A stretch of 64,000 bases of DNA from Candidatus Saganbacteria bacterium. Its GTDB lineage: Bacteria; Margulisbacteria; WOR-1; JAPLLA01. Position 1 is the first letter of the stretch; each line of letters starts with the position of its first letter. The stretch is taken from positions 2,972 to 66,971 of the forward strand of contig JAPLLA010000019.1 in the NCBI GenBank assembly GCA_026387795.1, given 5' to 3'. Made by a program: the position numbers and the translations under genes. Positions 28,484-38,281 of this stretch are shown in pieces. The notes beneath the pieces are model-generated. The model worked only from the letters and a program-made list of their open reading frames with translations, had not been told where the DNA came from and did no database searches.

Positions 28484-29482
28484 TTAATTCCAGCCCTGGT
28501 CCCCGGCCCAGAAGAAAAATCCTAGCGGCCAATTCCCAGGCCCGCCCCACCCAATATTAATAACCCCAAGCAGAGGGATGTACATTCTGACCCCCACGCC
28601 CGCCCCGTAAGCAACCCCGCCGTTAAACACATATCCCGCATCCCCAAATCCGTAAAATTGAAGCTTGGTTCCTTTTGAGTTTGGTATTTCAATTACCGGA
28701 GCGCGCAGCTCCATGCTCCCTGCCACAATTCCTGGGCCCATGGCATAGGGATTACTGGAAGCGCGTACATAGGGATTAAGGGGTCCAGCGGTATTATAAA
28801 TATCTCCACCAAAAAGATTGACCCCAAAACCAACTACCCCCCTAAAAGCAAGCACCATTCCTACCGGAAGCTGAACATAAAAACGGCCTTCGTTGTTATT
28901 TGCAAAAAAGAATTGGCTAAATTTTTCCTTCTGATTTTCCGCATTGGTTGTAGACCCAAAGTACGCTCCCCCTGAAACAGAAGTAAGAAAATAATATCCG
29001 GATTTGGGGAGCAGCCAGTTGTCGCGGCCGTCTACTTCGAGCGCTACTTTTAACCCGGGCTGGAAAATTTCATAATTTCCGGATTCCGGAGCAGTATAAT
29101 AAAAACTTGGAGAAACCAGGAGCGTGGTTTTCGGGGCAATTTTTACTCCCAGAGTAATGCTTGCCCCCATAATAGTTTCAAGCGATCCATCGATATAATT
29201 GACCCGGGATGCGCGTTCCGCTTCAAACCTTCCGGATACGGGATGATCTTTTCCAAAAACAAAAAGATGAGGGTCTTCGTAAAAGATGTTGCCGCCAATG
29301 TTGTACATGAACTTATGGCCCGCTGGGAAGAAAAAATGGGTAGTAAGCATCCCGCCTATTTTTTCTCCTCCCCCAAAAAGGTTAAGATATTTTCCTCCTA
29401 AGCCAAAAAGAAACTGGTCTTTTCCTCCCCCGCCTCTTATGGTTAAAGCCCCGGAATAAGGCTCGTCAATTTCCACAACCAA
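28484..29482 (-). CDS. hypothetical Gly/aromatic-rich protein, possible outer-membrane beta-barrel
   Basis: 332 aa; alternating Gly/aromatic beta-strand-like pattern; 29 nt downstream of the 129-aa ORF and in a different frame. Confidence 0.35.
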   Translation of the reverse strand: MVVEIDEPYSGALTIRGGGGKDQFLFGLGGKYLNLFGGGEKIGGMLTTHFFFPAGHKFMYNIGGNIFYEDPHLFVFGKDHPVSGRFEAERASRVNYIDGSLETIMGASITLGVKIAPKTTLLVSPSFYYTAPESGNYEIFQPGLKVALEVDGRDNWLLPKSGYYFLTSVSGGAYFGSTTNAENQKEKFSQFFFANNNEGRFYVQLPVGMVLAFRGVVGFGVNLFGGDIYNTAGPLNPYVRASSNPYAMGPGIVAGSMELRAPVIEIPNSKGTKLQFYGFGDAGYVFNGGVAYGAGVGVRMYIPLLGVINIGWGGPGNWPLGFFFWAGDQGWN

Positions 29483-29510
29483 AGTCCTTTCCCCATCTTT
29501 TTCTACAAAT

Positions 29511-29900
29511 TTAAAGTCTTTTATAACAAAGGTTTTTAAACGTGCTGGCTTCGGAAATCCGTCCGGAAAGCGTGGAAAGATCTGCAGGCAAGGGATCTCC
29601 CGGGTTTAGTCCTGCATAACCCAGTTCACGCAGGATCACTTCGGTTTTTGTTTTTTGTTTTCCCTTTTTGGAAACCGTAATTTTGATGGCATCGATTTTT
29701 TCTTCTTTAATTTCTACTTCCAATTTTTCCTCATTGGCTTTTACGCTTGCAGTTGCGCGTAAGTTGTTTGCCAAATATAAATCTTCTATGGCCCTTTCCA
29801 GGTGTTTTAAAGAAGGGGCGGTCCTGGTCCAGCTTACTGCCAAAAGTATGGCGGAGCGAATTTGCATGGCCGGAAAACGCGTTTCGCTTTTGATTAACAA
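29511..29900 (-). CDS. hypothetical protein, possibly the N-terminal POTRA-like part of a split outer-membrane protein
   Basis: 129 aa; begins at the stop of the TPR gene. Confidence 0.3.
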   Translation of the reverse strand: MLIKSETRFPAMQIRSAILLAVSWTRTAPSLKHLERAIEDLYLANNLRATASVKANEEKLEVEIKEEKIDAIKITVSKKGKQKTKTEVILRELGYAGLNPGDPLPADLSTLSGRISEASTFKNLCYKRL

Positions 29901-29923
29901 AAAATCAGGGAGAACTCCGCTTT

Positions 29924-32674
29924 TTAGTATTTCCAGCTCGTCTTTAAATGCGGTTTTTTGTTCCGAGGTTCCTTCTTTAATTCGTGGTTTCCCCTTGCTT
30001 CGGATATGTGTGCCAGCTCATAAAAAAGGTTTGCAAGTTTTGCAGGGTCTTTTTGGGCCTTAAATTCGTCAATGGTTGCAACATAACCAAGATATGCGCT
30101 TTCGTAGTCACCTAATACCCACAGCTGTCTGCAGGCAACCAAGCGCTCTTCTCCGGAAGAGAGGTCGCGGATTTTTTGATAAGTAATAGTTGCCAGTTTT
30201 TTTAGTGATTCTTTATTCCCTAGTTCCTGCACCAGATCCTGGGATTCTTCTTCCCAGAGCGAAACCAGTATCCCTCCAATCTCGACAAGCTTTTCCCTGT
30301 TTCCCTCTGCCAATTTGAGGGCTTCTTCCCACGCTTTATAGGAAAAAGGCCCAAAAAACCGAATCGCTTTGCCAAACTCCATTAAAGCAGGCAAATTGCG
30401 GTTTGCTGTTGCAACCTTAATATTAACAGCCAAGGTCTCAAGCACTTCTTCTCTTACTGCTTCTTCCGCTCTTTTAATTTTGCGGTCTTTGCTCCCTTCC
30501 TTTTTCTTTACCAAGGCATCCATTATCCGCGAAGAGAGTTGGAATAAATCCATTCCCAAATTCAGATCCAGGGTATCTTCCGCTAAAGTGCGGATTTCTC
30601 CGATACGCTTGATCCCTTCTTCAAAAACCATTCCGCGTACAAGCTCCAGCGCATCTACCAGGGCAGGAGGAGCATTTTTATCTCCTATTTTATCGGTGAT
30701 AAAAAAGAAAAGGTCAAAATAAAGCGAAACAATCTTCAGCATTTCTTCCGTGCTTTTTGCTGCTTTTGCTTTTTCAAAATCTGTGCCGAGTTTTTTTATG
30801 AAGCTCTTTTTAAAGGTCCCTTCTATAATGTAGCCGGCTTGTTGTTTTAGCGCTGCCGCAATTTCCTTGATCCCTTCTATTTCCTCGGGGTTGGTAACGC
30901 TTTTTTCTTTCATTTCCGAGGCTTGCTTTAAAAGCGAGGCGCTTTGCGTAAAAACCGCTTCAACAATATAGAAAAAAACATCGGGACGGTTTTGCTGCTT
31001 GATCAGTTCGGCGGTGCGGTAAAAAGAGCGGCTTTCCAGGTCTACGGCTTTTTTATTGATCTTATCCCATTCCTCTTCAGAATATTTTTTGTTGAAAATT
31101 GCACCGGTCAGCTTTCCTATGGTTTGGGAGAGCAGATAGCTGGGGTTAAAATAAGTAAGGAGTGCGGTTACCCCAAAGTTAAGCAGGGACTGGGCAATGT
31201 TTGGTTTTCCTGCCCGGATCCTGACCAAGTTTGTTTCTGCCTGAGTTTGGATAAAAGCAAAACGGATGTGCAGGTTTGCGGTTAACATGGGATCTTCTCC
31301 TGCTATGGCCAGTGCTTTTTCGTAGTTTTCAAAAGCCTTATCAATATCTCCTCCGGATAAATAAAGGTCTCCCAATTGCATGGCATATTGCGTATTTTTG
31401 GGGGCCAGGGAAACCAGTTTTTCCATAATACGAATCGCATCCGCAGTTTCTCCCATAGAGACATAAAGCTGGCTAATATCAAAGAGCATGCTCACATCTT
31501 CTTTTGCCGTTTTTTCCGCCGATTTAAGCGCAGCTTTCATTGAAGGAATGCATCTGCCCAAGTGGTAGCGTAAATAAGGCTGGTAACCGGGAAGAAACTT
31601 ATTTATCTGCAACAGTGCCAGAAAGATGCTTGCCAATCGTAACTGTAGTCCCGCATTTTCCGGGTTTTTTTCTGCAGCTTCGTCATAGACCTTTACCGCT
31701 GATTCCAGGGACTTGTATGCGTCCATGTATTCTTCCTGTGCCATTAGGATCTTTGCTTTTTTAAGTTCCAGGTCGGCAAAGAAGATTGCTTTTTGTTTTT
31801 CATTTGGGAAAGGGGTTTTTCCCGTAATTTTTATGGTGATTTCTATCCAACCCAAAGCAGAGTCGTATTTTTTGTTTTGCAGGTCAAATTCGGATTCCAA
31901 AAGCAAAAAAGCAGGGACCTCCAGGAGCATTTCCATTGGCACGCATTCGGATAAAAGCCCAAAATCTACCAAAGCGTTTTTTGGCGCAGGGTTTTTATCC
32001 AACGGCAGCTTGCATCCCGCCCTTAGCCCGTTGATTAAATAGTAGTAAGCCTGGTCAAACTTATTGGCGGCGGCAAAAAATCGGTAAGCGTTAAAATAAA
32101 TCTCCGTCAATTCCGGTCCCGATGCCACTGCTTTTTTGACCAGCTCTTCCGCTTTTTCTATTTTGATCTTACCGTTTCCGTAGAGGATAAAAGCAAAGAG
32201 CATAATTAAGTAAGGCTTGTCCGGGGTTTTGACAGGGAGAAGCTGCGCTTCAAATTTAGCAAGCATTTCTTCCCCAAGATCTTGGGAAAGAAGTACGTTC
32301 AAAGCATACAAAAACTTCATGTCCGGGTCCAAAATCTCAAAAGCAGTAACTGTTTTCCCTTCTTTGAGTTTTCCGATTTTTTCCGTGAAGAGTTTATATC
32401 TAAGCTGGATCAGGTCTGTGCGGTTGAGCTGTTCCGGTGACTGGATTTCTCTTTCAATTTCTTCGGCGGTAATAGCGGCAACTGCTCCGCCCGCAAATTC
32501 TATGATTGCAACTATGGTCCCTTGGTTAATTTGTGGTGGGGGAGTTTCTATGGGAGGGGTGGGGGCGGCGGGATCTACTTGTCCTTGTCCTTCTATCCCT
32601 TTTTCTGCAGACTGGGGCAGCGCAGATAAAATGGGCCGAGGTACAAGCAAAGATGTGGCAGTTATACCGCTCAT
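29924..32674 (-). CDS. large tetratricopeptide-repeat (TPR) protein
   Basis: 916 aa; Pro-rich N-terminus then many TPR-like repeats; GAGGAGAGGA SD. Confidence 0.7.
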   Translation of the reverse strand: MSGITATSLLVPRPILSALPQSAEKGIEGQGQVDPAAPTPPIETPPPQINQGTIVAIIEFAGGAVAAITAEEIEREIQSPEQLNRTDLIQLRYKLFTEKIGKLKEGKTVTAFEILDPDMKFLYALNVLLSQDLGEEMLAKFEAQLLPVKTPDKPYLIMLFAFILYGNGKIKIEKAEELVKKAVASGPELTEIYFNAYRFFAAANKFDQAYYYLINGLRAGCKLPLDKNPAPKNALVDFGLLSECVPMEMLLEVPAFLLLESEFDLQNKKYDSALGWIEITIKITGKTPFPNEKQKAIFFADLELKKAKILMAQEEYMDAYKSLESAVKVYDEAAEKNPENAGLQLRLASIFLALLQINKFLPGYQPYLRYHLGRCIPSMKAALKSAEKTAKEDVSMLFDISQLYVSMGETADAIRIMEKLVSLAPKNTQYAMQLGDLYLSGGDIDKAFENYEKALAIAGEDPMLTANLHIRFAFIQTQAETNLVRIRAGKPNIAQSLLNFGVTALLTYFNPSYLLSQTIGKLTGAIFNKKYSEEEWDKINKKAVDLESRSFYRTAELIKQQNRPDVFFYIVEAVFTQSASLLKQASEMKEKSVTNPEEIEGIKEIAAALKQQAGYIIEGTFKKSFIKKLGTDFEKAKAAKSTEEMLKIVSLYFDLFFFITDKIGDKNAPPALVDALELVRGMVFEEGIKRIGEIRTLAEDTLDLNLGMDLFQLSSRIMDALVKKKEGSKDRKIKRAEEAVREEVLETLAVNIKVATANRNLPALMEFGKAIRFFGPFSYKAWEEALKLAEGNREKLVEIGGILVSLWEEESQDLVQELGNKESLKKLATITYQKIRDLSSGEERLVACRQLWVLGDYESAYLGYVATIDEFKAQKDPAKLANLFYELAHISEARGNHELKKEPRNKKPHLKTSWKY

Positions 32675-32730
32675 AGCAACTTCCTCTCCTCATATATATA
32701 TCGACGAAAATGGCGGTAAAATTCAGTTTT

Positions 32731-33934
32731 TTAGAGGTAATTTCGCGGGTCCGCGATCTTTCCTTCGATTACAGAGGCAGCTACAGTGGCAGGAGATGCG
32801 AGGTATATAAACGCATTCGGATTTCCCATTCTACCTTTAAAGTTGCGGTTTGCAGTAGAAATAGCATTTTCTCCGTCAGCAGGTACTCCTTGATGAGTGC
32901 CGACACATGGGCCACATCCAGGCGCAACCACTACGGCATTTGCTTCCACAAAAGTTTCGATCAAACCTTCTTTTAAAGCATCCTTAAAAATCTGCCTGGA
33001 AGCAGGAGCCACTATCAATCTGGTTTCTTTGTTTACTTTTTTACCCTTTAGAATTCCTGCAGCAATCCGTAAGTCTTCCATTCTTCCGTTAGTGCAAGTT
33101 CCAATAAATCCTTCTGCACGGCTTTGCAATTTGCGGTTCGATTTTGGAAACATCAAACTCTTTTACAGAAGCATATTTTGCGTCCGCATCAGGCGATTGA
33201 GGGCTCATTTTTTTCTTAGAATGTTTTTTAACCCAATCTAAGATTTTCTCGTCTGCTTCCATAAGCCCAACCTTTGCCCCTGCTTCTATAGCCATGTTTG
33301 AAATAGTAAAACGCGCTTCAACCGATAGATCGGAAATTACCGGTCCACCAAACTCAATAGCCTGATAAGTTGCTCCGTCTGCGGTAATTTTACCGATGGT
33401 GTATAGGATGAGGTCTTTTGAAAAGACTCCCTTGGGAAGCTTGCCTGTGTAGATAATTTTCATGGTTTCCGGTACTTTGAACCAGAGTTTTCCGGAGATA
33501 ATTCCTGCAGTAAGGTCAGTGGACCCTACGCCGGTTGAAAAAACATTGATGGCACCGTAGGTGCAAGTGTGTGAATCTGCCCCGATTACTAAATCACCGG
33601 GAACAACGTGTCCTTGTTCAGGAACTAACTGATGGCAAACCCCGCAGCCTACGTCATAGAGTACAACTCCTGTTTCTGCCACAAAACTACGGATCTTTTG
33701 GTGGATGGCAGAAACCCCGATGTTTGGGCTGGGAGCACTGTGGTCAATACAGATCGCTACCTTGGATGCATCAAAAGGTTTTTGGCCGTGCATTTTGCGA
33801 AAAGAATCAATTGCAACTCCAGAGGTCCCGTCTTGGCCCATTAAAAAATCTAGGCTGGCAATAACGATGTCCCCGGCATAAGCATCTGTGCCACTATGAT
33901 TTGATAATATTTTTTCGGAGATTGTCTTCCCCAT
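32731..33934 (-). pseudogene. leuC: 3-isopropylmalate dehydratase large subunit, disrupted (two overlapping ORFs)
   Basis: N-terminal ORF 33089-33934 ends ...[18 protein letters not shown]; the C-terminal ORF in another frame continues [11 protein letters not shown]...APGCGPCVG; ~15-20 residues expected between AKP and IGSCTNG are missing. Confidence 0.6.
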
Positions 33935-33936
33935 GA

Positions 33937-34869
33937 TTATTTCCGTTTAGCCCATTGGGTCTTTTCTTTTTGCTGGAGGGTTTTTTCAACTTCTTTGGCT
34001 TTGTTGATAAGGTAGGGGTCGAGCGCTTCGCTCTCCATGACTTCCTGGTAAAGCTTTATGGCTTTAGGGTTTTTCAGCATTTCTGCCAAGTTTAATTTGC
34101 TCCGGTTAACCAGGTCGCTGTATCCGCTTTTTGAAGCAATAATTTCTTTACAAAGCTTTTGTGCTTTTTCAAAATCCTCTTTTTTTGCTCTCCGTATATA
34201 GAGTTCCGAAAGTATTACCTTGCTCTTAATGTAAAAGTAATCGTCCGTACGTTCTTTGAGGATTTTTAATGCGTCTTGGCACGATTTTATTCCGTCGTTT
34301 AACTTGCCGGGCTTGTGGTAAAGAATTAATTCCCCTATTCCCAGGAATGCCCTGGCTCTAAAATACCAGTGCGCTTTTTTGTTTTTTGCCAGTTTTTCAA
34401 AAAGCTTAAGAGCTAAATTGTGGTCGTTTGTGGCATCGCGAGTCATCCGAAGGTCCGCTTCTACTATCACGGCTTTGGCTGCAAAGAAGTTTGCCAGGTC
34501 TTTGCCCAAATGCTTGGATGCGCTATCGCACAGAGCAATCGCATCTGCTATCTCCGCACCCTTGCCGGAAGGGACATAGAGTTCAGCTAAGCCGATTTTG
34601 GCGCGTGCGGTTAAATGTGCGGAGCCGCTGGTTTCAATGATGTTTTGGTAAAGACGCTGTGCCTGCTTATAGTCTCCGCCTTCGCCGCGGCCCACCAAGA
34701 GGTCTGCCATGCCAAACATGATTTCCCGAATGTCCGAACGGTTGGGATATTGGGCAAGGATAAACTTATAGCGCTTGATCGCTTTTTCGATTTTTTCTTT
34801 TTCGGAAGGGGCAGGGAAGCCCAACTCCTGTTGTACTATAAAAGCCATAACCGGCGAAAGAATTCCCAT
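33937..34869 (-). CDS. TPR repeat protein
   Basis: 310 aa; repeated A..Y.....Y-type helical repeats. Confidence 0.6.
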   Translation of the reverse strand: MGILSPVMAFIVQQELGFPAPSEKEKIEKAIKRYKFILAQYPNRSDIREIMFGMADLLVGRGEGGDYKQAQRLYQNIIETSGSAHLTARAKIGLAELYVPSGKGAEIADAIALCDSASKHLGKDLANFFAAKAVIVEADLRMTRDATNDHNLALKLFEKLAKNKKAHWYFRARAFLGIGELILYHKPGKLNDGIKSCQDALKILKERTDDYFYIKSKVILSELYIRRAKKEDFEKAQKLCKEIIASKSGYSDLVNRSKLNLAEMLKNPKAIKLYQEVMESEALDPYLINKAKEVEKTLQQKEKTQWAKRK

Positions 34870-34927
34870 GCTAAAACTCCTTTTGGCAATTGATAATTTA
34901 TTTTATATGATGTAAAATGTTAAGTCA

Positions 34928-35712
34928 ATGATATCGGAAGAACGACTAGCGCAACTTAAAGAGCTGGAAGACAAGATCAGCCTCTCTTTTTTGAATAAAG
35001 GCCTTCTTAACCGATCCGTTACTCATAGTTCTTACGCAAATGAATGGGCGATGCCGTGCTAAAACTTATCATGAGCGAATACCTCTTCAATAAATTTCCC
35101 GCTAAACAGGAAGGGGATCTTACCAAAATCCGGTCCGCAACTGTATCCGATGTAACATTGGCAAATATCGGAAGGCAATTGGGCCTTGGTGACTACCTGC
35201 TTTTGGGGAGCAACGAAGCGCGTACAGGCGGCAGGCGCAGGAGAAGTAACATTGCCAATGCTTTTGAGTCTATTCTGGGGGCCATTTACCTGGATTCCGG
35301 AATCGGTAAAGCGCGCGATTTTGTAATCTCCGCAATCAGCGAAGAAGTGGAAAAAGTGAGCACCGAAGGATTTATCCGCGACTACAAGAGCGCTTTGCAG
35401 GAAATTTCTCAAAAAGAAAAATGGGGGCTACCTCTTTACCGTGTAGTAAAAGAGAGCGGCCCAAAGCACAAAAGGGTTTTTTGGGTGCAGGTAAAAGTAA
35501 AAAACCGGGTGCTGGGACTGGGCAGGGGCGGGAGCAAAAAAGATGCGGAACAAAGAGCAGCTTCTTTTGCTTACGAAAAAATTAAAAAAGAAAAGAAACT
35601 TCCGGAAGAAGAAAAAGCCGGAGGGATTAAAGAACTTTTAGGCACGGTCCGCAAAGGGATCCGTTTCCGTTTAAGGAAGGAGCACAGTGACGATGACGCG
35701 TCTGCTGGTTAA
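34928..35712 (+). pseudogene. rnc: ribonuclease III, disrupted at the catalytic signature
   Basis: ATG at 34928 encodes MISEERLAQLKELEDKISLSFLNKGLLNRSVTHSSYANEW then a stop; the downstream frame resumes at GDAVLKLIMSEYLF... with an intact dsRBD-containing C-terminus; the expected NERLEFL segment between HSSYANE and GDAVL is absent. Confidence 0.6.
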
Positions 35713-36982
35713 AAAAGGCCGCATTATAGATCCTTCTTCAAAACTGGACGCAGTAAAAGACCTCTTAATTGAAAACGGTAAGATCATAAAAATTGCAGAC
35801 AAAATTACCTCCTCCGGCGCAGAAACTATTGACGCTGCCAATGCTTGGGTTTTGCCCGGATTGGTTGATATGCACTGCCACTTAAGAGATCCCGGAAATC
35901 CGGAAGAAGAAACCATTGCATCCGGGACCCGCTCTGCAGCTTTGGGCGGTTACACCTCAATTGCCTGCATGGCCAACACAGAACCGCCGCTGGATAACCG
36001 GGCGCAGATTCAATATGCAATCTCAAAAGCGCAAAAAGAAGGACTCATCAACGTTTTTCCAATTGGGGCAGTGAGCAAAGGGCTTAAAGGAGAAGAATTG
36101 GCAGAGATCGGTTTTATGCTGGAAGAAGGGGCAAAAGGATTTTCGGATGACGGCAAGCCGATTATGAATGCGGAACTAATGAGAATGGCTCTCCAGTATC
36201 TGTCGCAATTTGATCTTCCGGTAATTTCCCATTGTGAAGACAGCATGCTTTCTTCCGGCGGAGAAATGAACGAAGGTGCGCTTTCTACGGAGCTGGGCTT
36301 AAAAGGGATCCCAAAACTGGCGGAAGAGATTATGGTGGAAAGGGATCTAAGACTTGCGGAAAAATTCGGCAGAGTACACATTGCACATGTTTCAACTTCC
36401 GGTTCTGTGGACCTGGTCCGTCAGGCAAAGAAAAGGGGAGTCAAAGTCACGGCAGAAACCGCGCCGCACTACTTTTCTCTTACAGAAGAAGCGGTACGCG
36501 GATACAATACCAATGCAAAAGTAAATCCTCCCTTGCGTACCGCAAAAGACGTTAAGGCAATTATCAAAGGGCTGGGAGACGGGACCATTGATGCAATTGC
36601 CACAGACCATGCGCCCCATGTCATAGAAGAAAAGAATGTAGAGTTTGGTTTGGCCTCAAATGGGATGGTTGGGTTTGAAACCGCACTTGCACTGGTGATT
36701 ACTTTTCTTGTAAACACCAAAGCGCTTACTCCTTTGCAAGCAGTCCCAAAATTAACCATTATGCCTGCGAACATCCTTAAGATAAACAAAGGGACGCTCA
36801 AGGTTGGTTCAGATGCGGATGTGACAATTGTGGATCCAAAAAAAGAGTGGACCGTAGATGCCTCGAAATTTTCCTCACGCTCCAAGAACTCTCCCTTTGA
36901 CGGAATGAAACTCCAAGGCAAAGTGATGCATACGATTGTGGGTGGACGGATAGTAGTCAAAGATTCGCAGCTGGTGAAGTGA
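35693..36982 (+). CDS. pyrC: dihydroorotase
   Basis: ~430 aa; ...GLVDMHCHLRDPG metal-binding motif; the ORF track starts two codons earlier. Confidence 0.85.
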   Translation: MTRLLVKKGRIIDPSSKLDAVKDLLIENGKIIKIADKITSSGAETIDAANAWVLPGLVDMHCHLRDPGNPEEETIASGTRSAALGGYTSIACMANTEPPLDNRAQIQYAISKAQKEGLINVFPIGAVSKGLKGEELAEIGFMLEEGAKGFSDDGKPIMNAELMRMALQYLSQFDLPVISHCEDSMLSSGGEMNEGALSTELGLKGIPKLAEEIMVERDLRLAEKFGRVHIAHVSTSGSVDLVRQAKKRGVKVTAETAPHYFSLTEEAVRGYNTNAKVNPPLRTAKDVKAIIKGLGDGTIDAIATDHAPHVIEEKNVEFGLASNGMVGFETALALVITFLVNTKALTPLQAVPKLTIMPANILKINKGTLKVGSDADVTIVDPKKEWTVDASKFSSRSKNSPFDGMKLQGKVMHTIVGGRIVVKDSQLVK

Positions 36983-37017
36983 CGCGTCTTACCTTGAAAA
37001 CCATTAAAATTTTCCTT

Positions 37018-37110
37018 AGAGCTGGAAACCTGCGACTAAACGTCGCGGTTTCCAGATATTTCAGAGGGATTTTTTTTGGAAACCGAGGCGTTCAGCCTCA
37101 GGTTTCCAAC
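37018..37110. repeat. REP-like double-hairpin element, copy A
   Basis: GGAAACCTGCGACTAAACGTCGCGGTTTCC at 37024-37053 and GGAAACCGAGGCGTTCAGCCTCAGGTTTCC at 37078-37107; the same pair recurs at 46082-46178. Confidence 0.65.
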
Positions 37111-37198
37111 TTATTTGCTGTATTTAGTTTCGTGCTTTTTGTCATTTGTTATTTGTCATTTGTCATTTCCTTGGGTGGCTGCAGCTACACAGGAGCCA

Positions 37199-37959
37199 TG
37201 ACCGAGATCCGCATTTCCCCTTTTTCCGAGACAGTAGGTGCAGGACTAACTGCACAGTTTTATGCCACAGGTTATGATTCCGGAGGACGCCCAATTACCA
37301 TTAGCCCAACTTGGAGCGTGTGGGGAGGAGTTGGGACAGTGGATGCAACCGGAAAGTTTTATGCAGGGGCATCAACAGGGATAGGATATGTTATTGCTAC
37401 TGCTTCGGGCATTTCCGGGCAAGCACAAGTTACAGTTACAGACAAAGGATCCATTTCCGGGAAAGTGCGCAATGTTTTAACGGAACTTCTAAGCGGAATT
37501 ACAGTGAGGATCGTAACCGACCATTCTAAATCCGCTCAAACAAACTCATCCGGTAGTTACATCCTTTCCGATTTGCTCCCTGCTACTTATCAAGTAGAAA
37601 CAGTAGGGACTACCCGTTATGGTTCTTCTTCCGGAGAAGCTACGGTATACACCGGTCAAGGGAGCACTTTGAATTTTACGCTAAGTGAGAGAATAGGGAT
37701 CCAAACAGATTCTATTAATAGGACCGGTACAACAATGAACATCAACGGGACAGTCAGGAATAACGGGAGCACTTCCGCTACCGGTTGTACGGTGTTTTAC
37801 TTCTTTTATAATGCGGAAGATTTTCCCATGGGGAGCGGATCTTCTTCTCTTGGCACTATTGCTGCCGGGTCTACAGAAGCGTTTATAATGGTTGTAAATT
37901 TATCGGAAGATGCAGATCCCAGCAGGACGGTGAAATATGGCATTGCCGGCGGATTCTAA
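37199..37959 (+). CDS. hypothetical protein with Big_2-like Ig domain and carboxypeptidase-regulatory-like domain; start uncertain
   Basis: ATG at 37199 (MTEIRISPF...); the ORF track extends upstream to a GTG at 36979 across the REP element; an alternative start would give a lipobox LGGC. Confidence 0.45.
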
Positions 37960-38281
37960 TCCAGAAAAAGAAGCACAAAGGATAGTGGCGGAGTACTTAT
38001 CTGGGCTAGGGTGGGCCAGGCAGTGGCAGCAAGTGATAGAAAGAGAACCGCGGTCTTTTGGAAGGGACGAAAGAGAAGACAAGCTGCGCAAAGCAGAAAA
38101 GATGATGGAAGAAACCGAAGACCGCTTTAGCCAGCATGTGGAAAAATACCTCCACGATTCTTCGCCGGAAGCCAAACAAGTGTTGGAAAACATTCTAAAA
38201 AAACTTTCGCCTCGCCGCGACTTGGGGTTTTTCTGCCAGAGGATTTTGAGCCACATTAAAAACAAGCTGGGGATTTATTAG
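37937..38281 (+). CDS. hypothetical charged small protein
   Basis: 114-aa ORF; overlaps the 3' end of the 37199 gene; no motifs. Confidence 0.3.
   Translation: MALPADSNPEKEAQRIVAEYLSGLGWARQWQQVIEREPRSFGRDEREDKLRKAEKMMEETEDRFSQHVEKYLHDSSPEAKQVLENILKKLSPRRDLGFFCQRILSHIKNKLGIY

Noticed and set aside
37018-37110. REP hairpin pairs as CRISPR repeats or tRNA-like structures
   Set aside because: Only two hairpins per locus, no spacers or cas genes, no tRNA cloverleaf features.
36979-37198. GTG-initiated N-terminal extension of the 37199 gene (ORF track 36979-37959)
   Set aside because: The extension runs through the REP double hairpin and the heptamer repeats and overlaps the pyrC stop; it is more likely intergenic sequence. 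A lipoprotein-type start inside it cannot be fully excluded.
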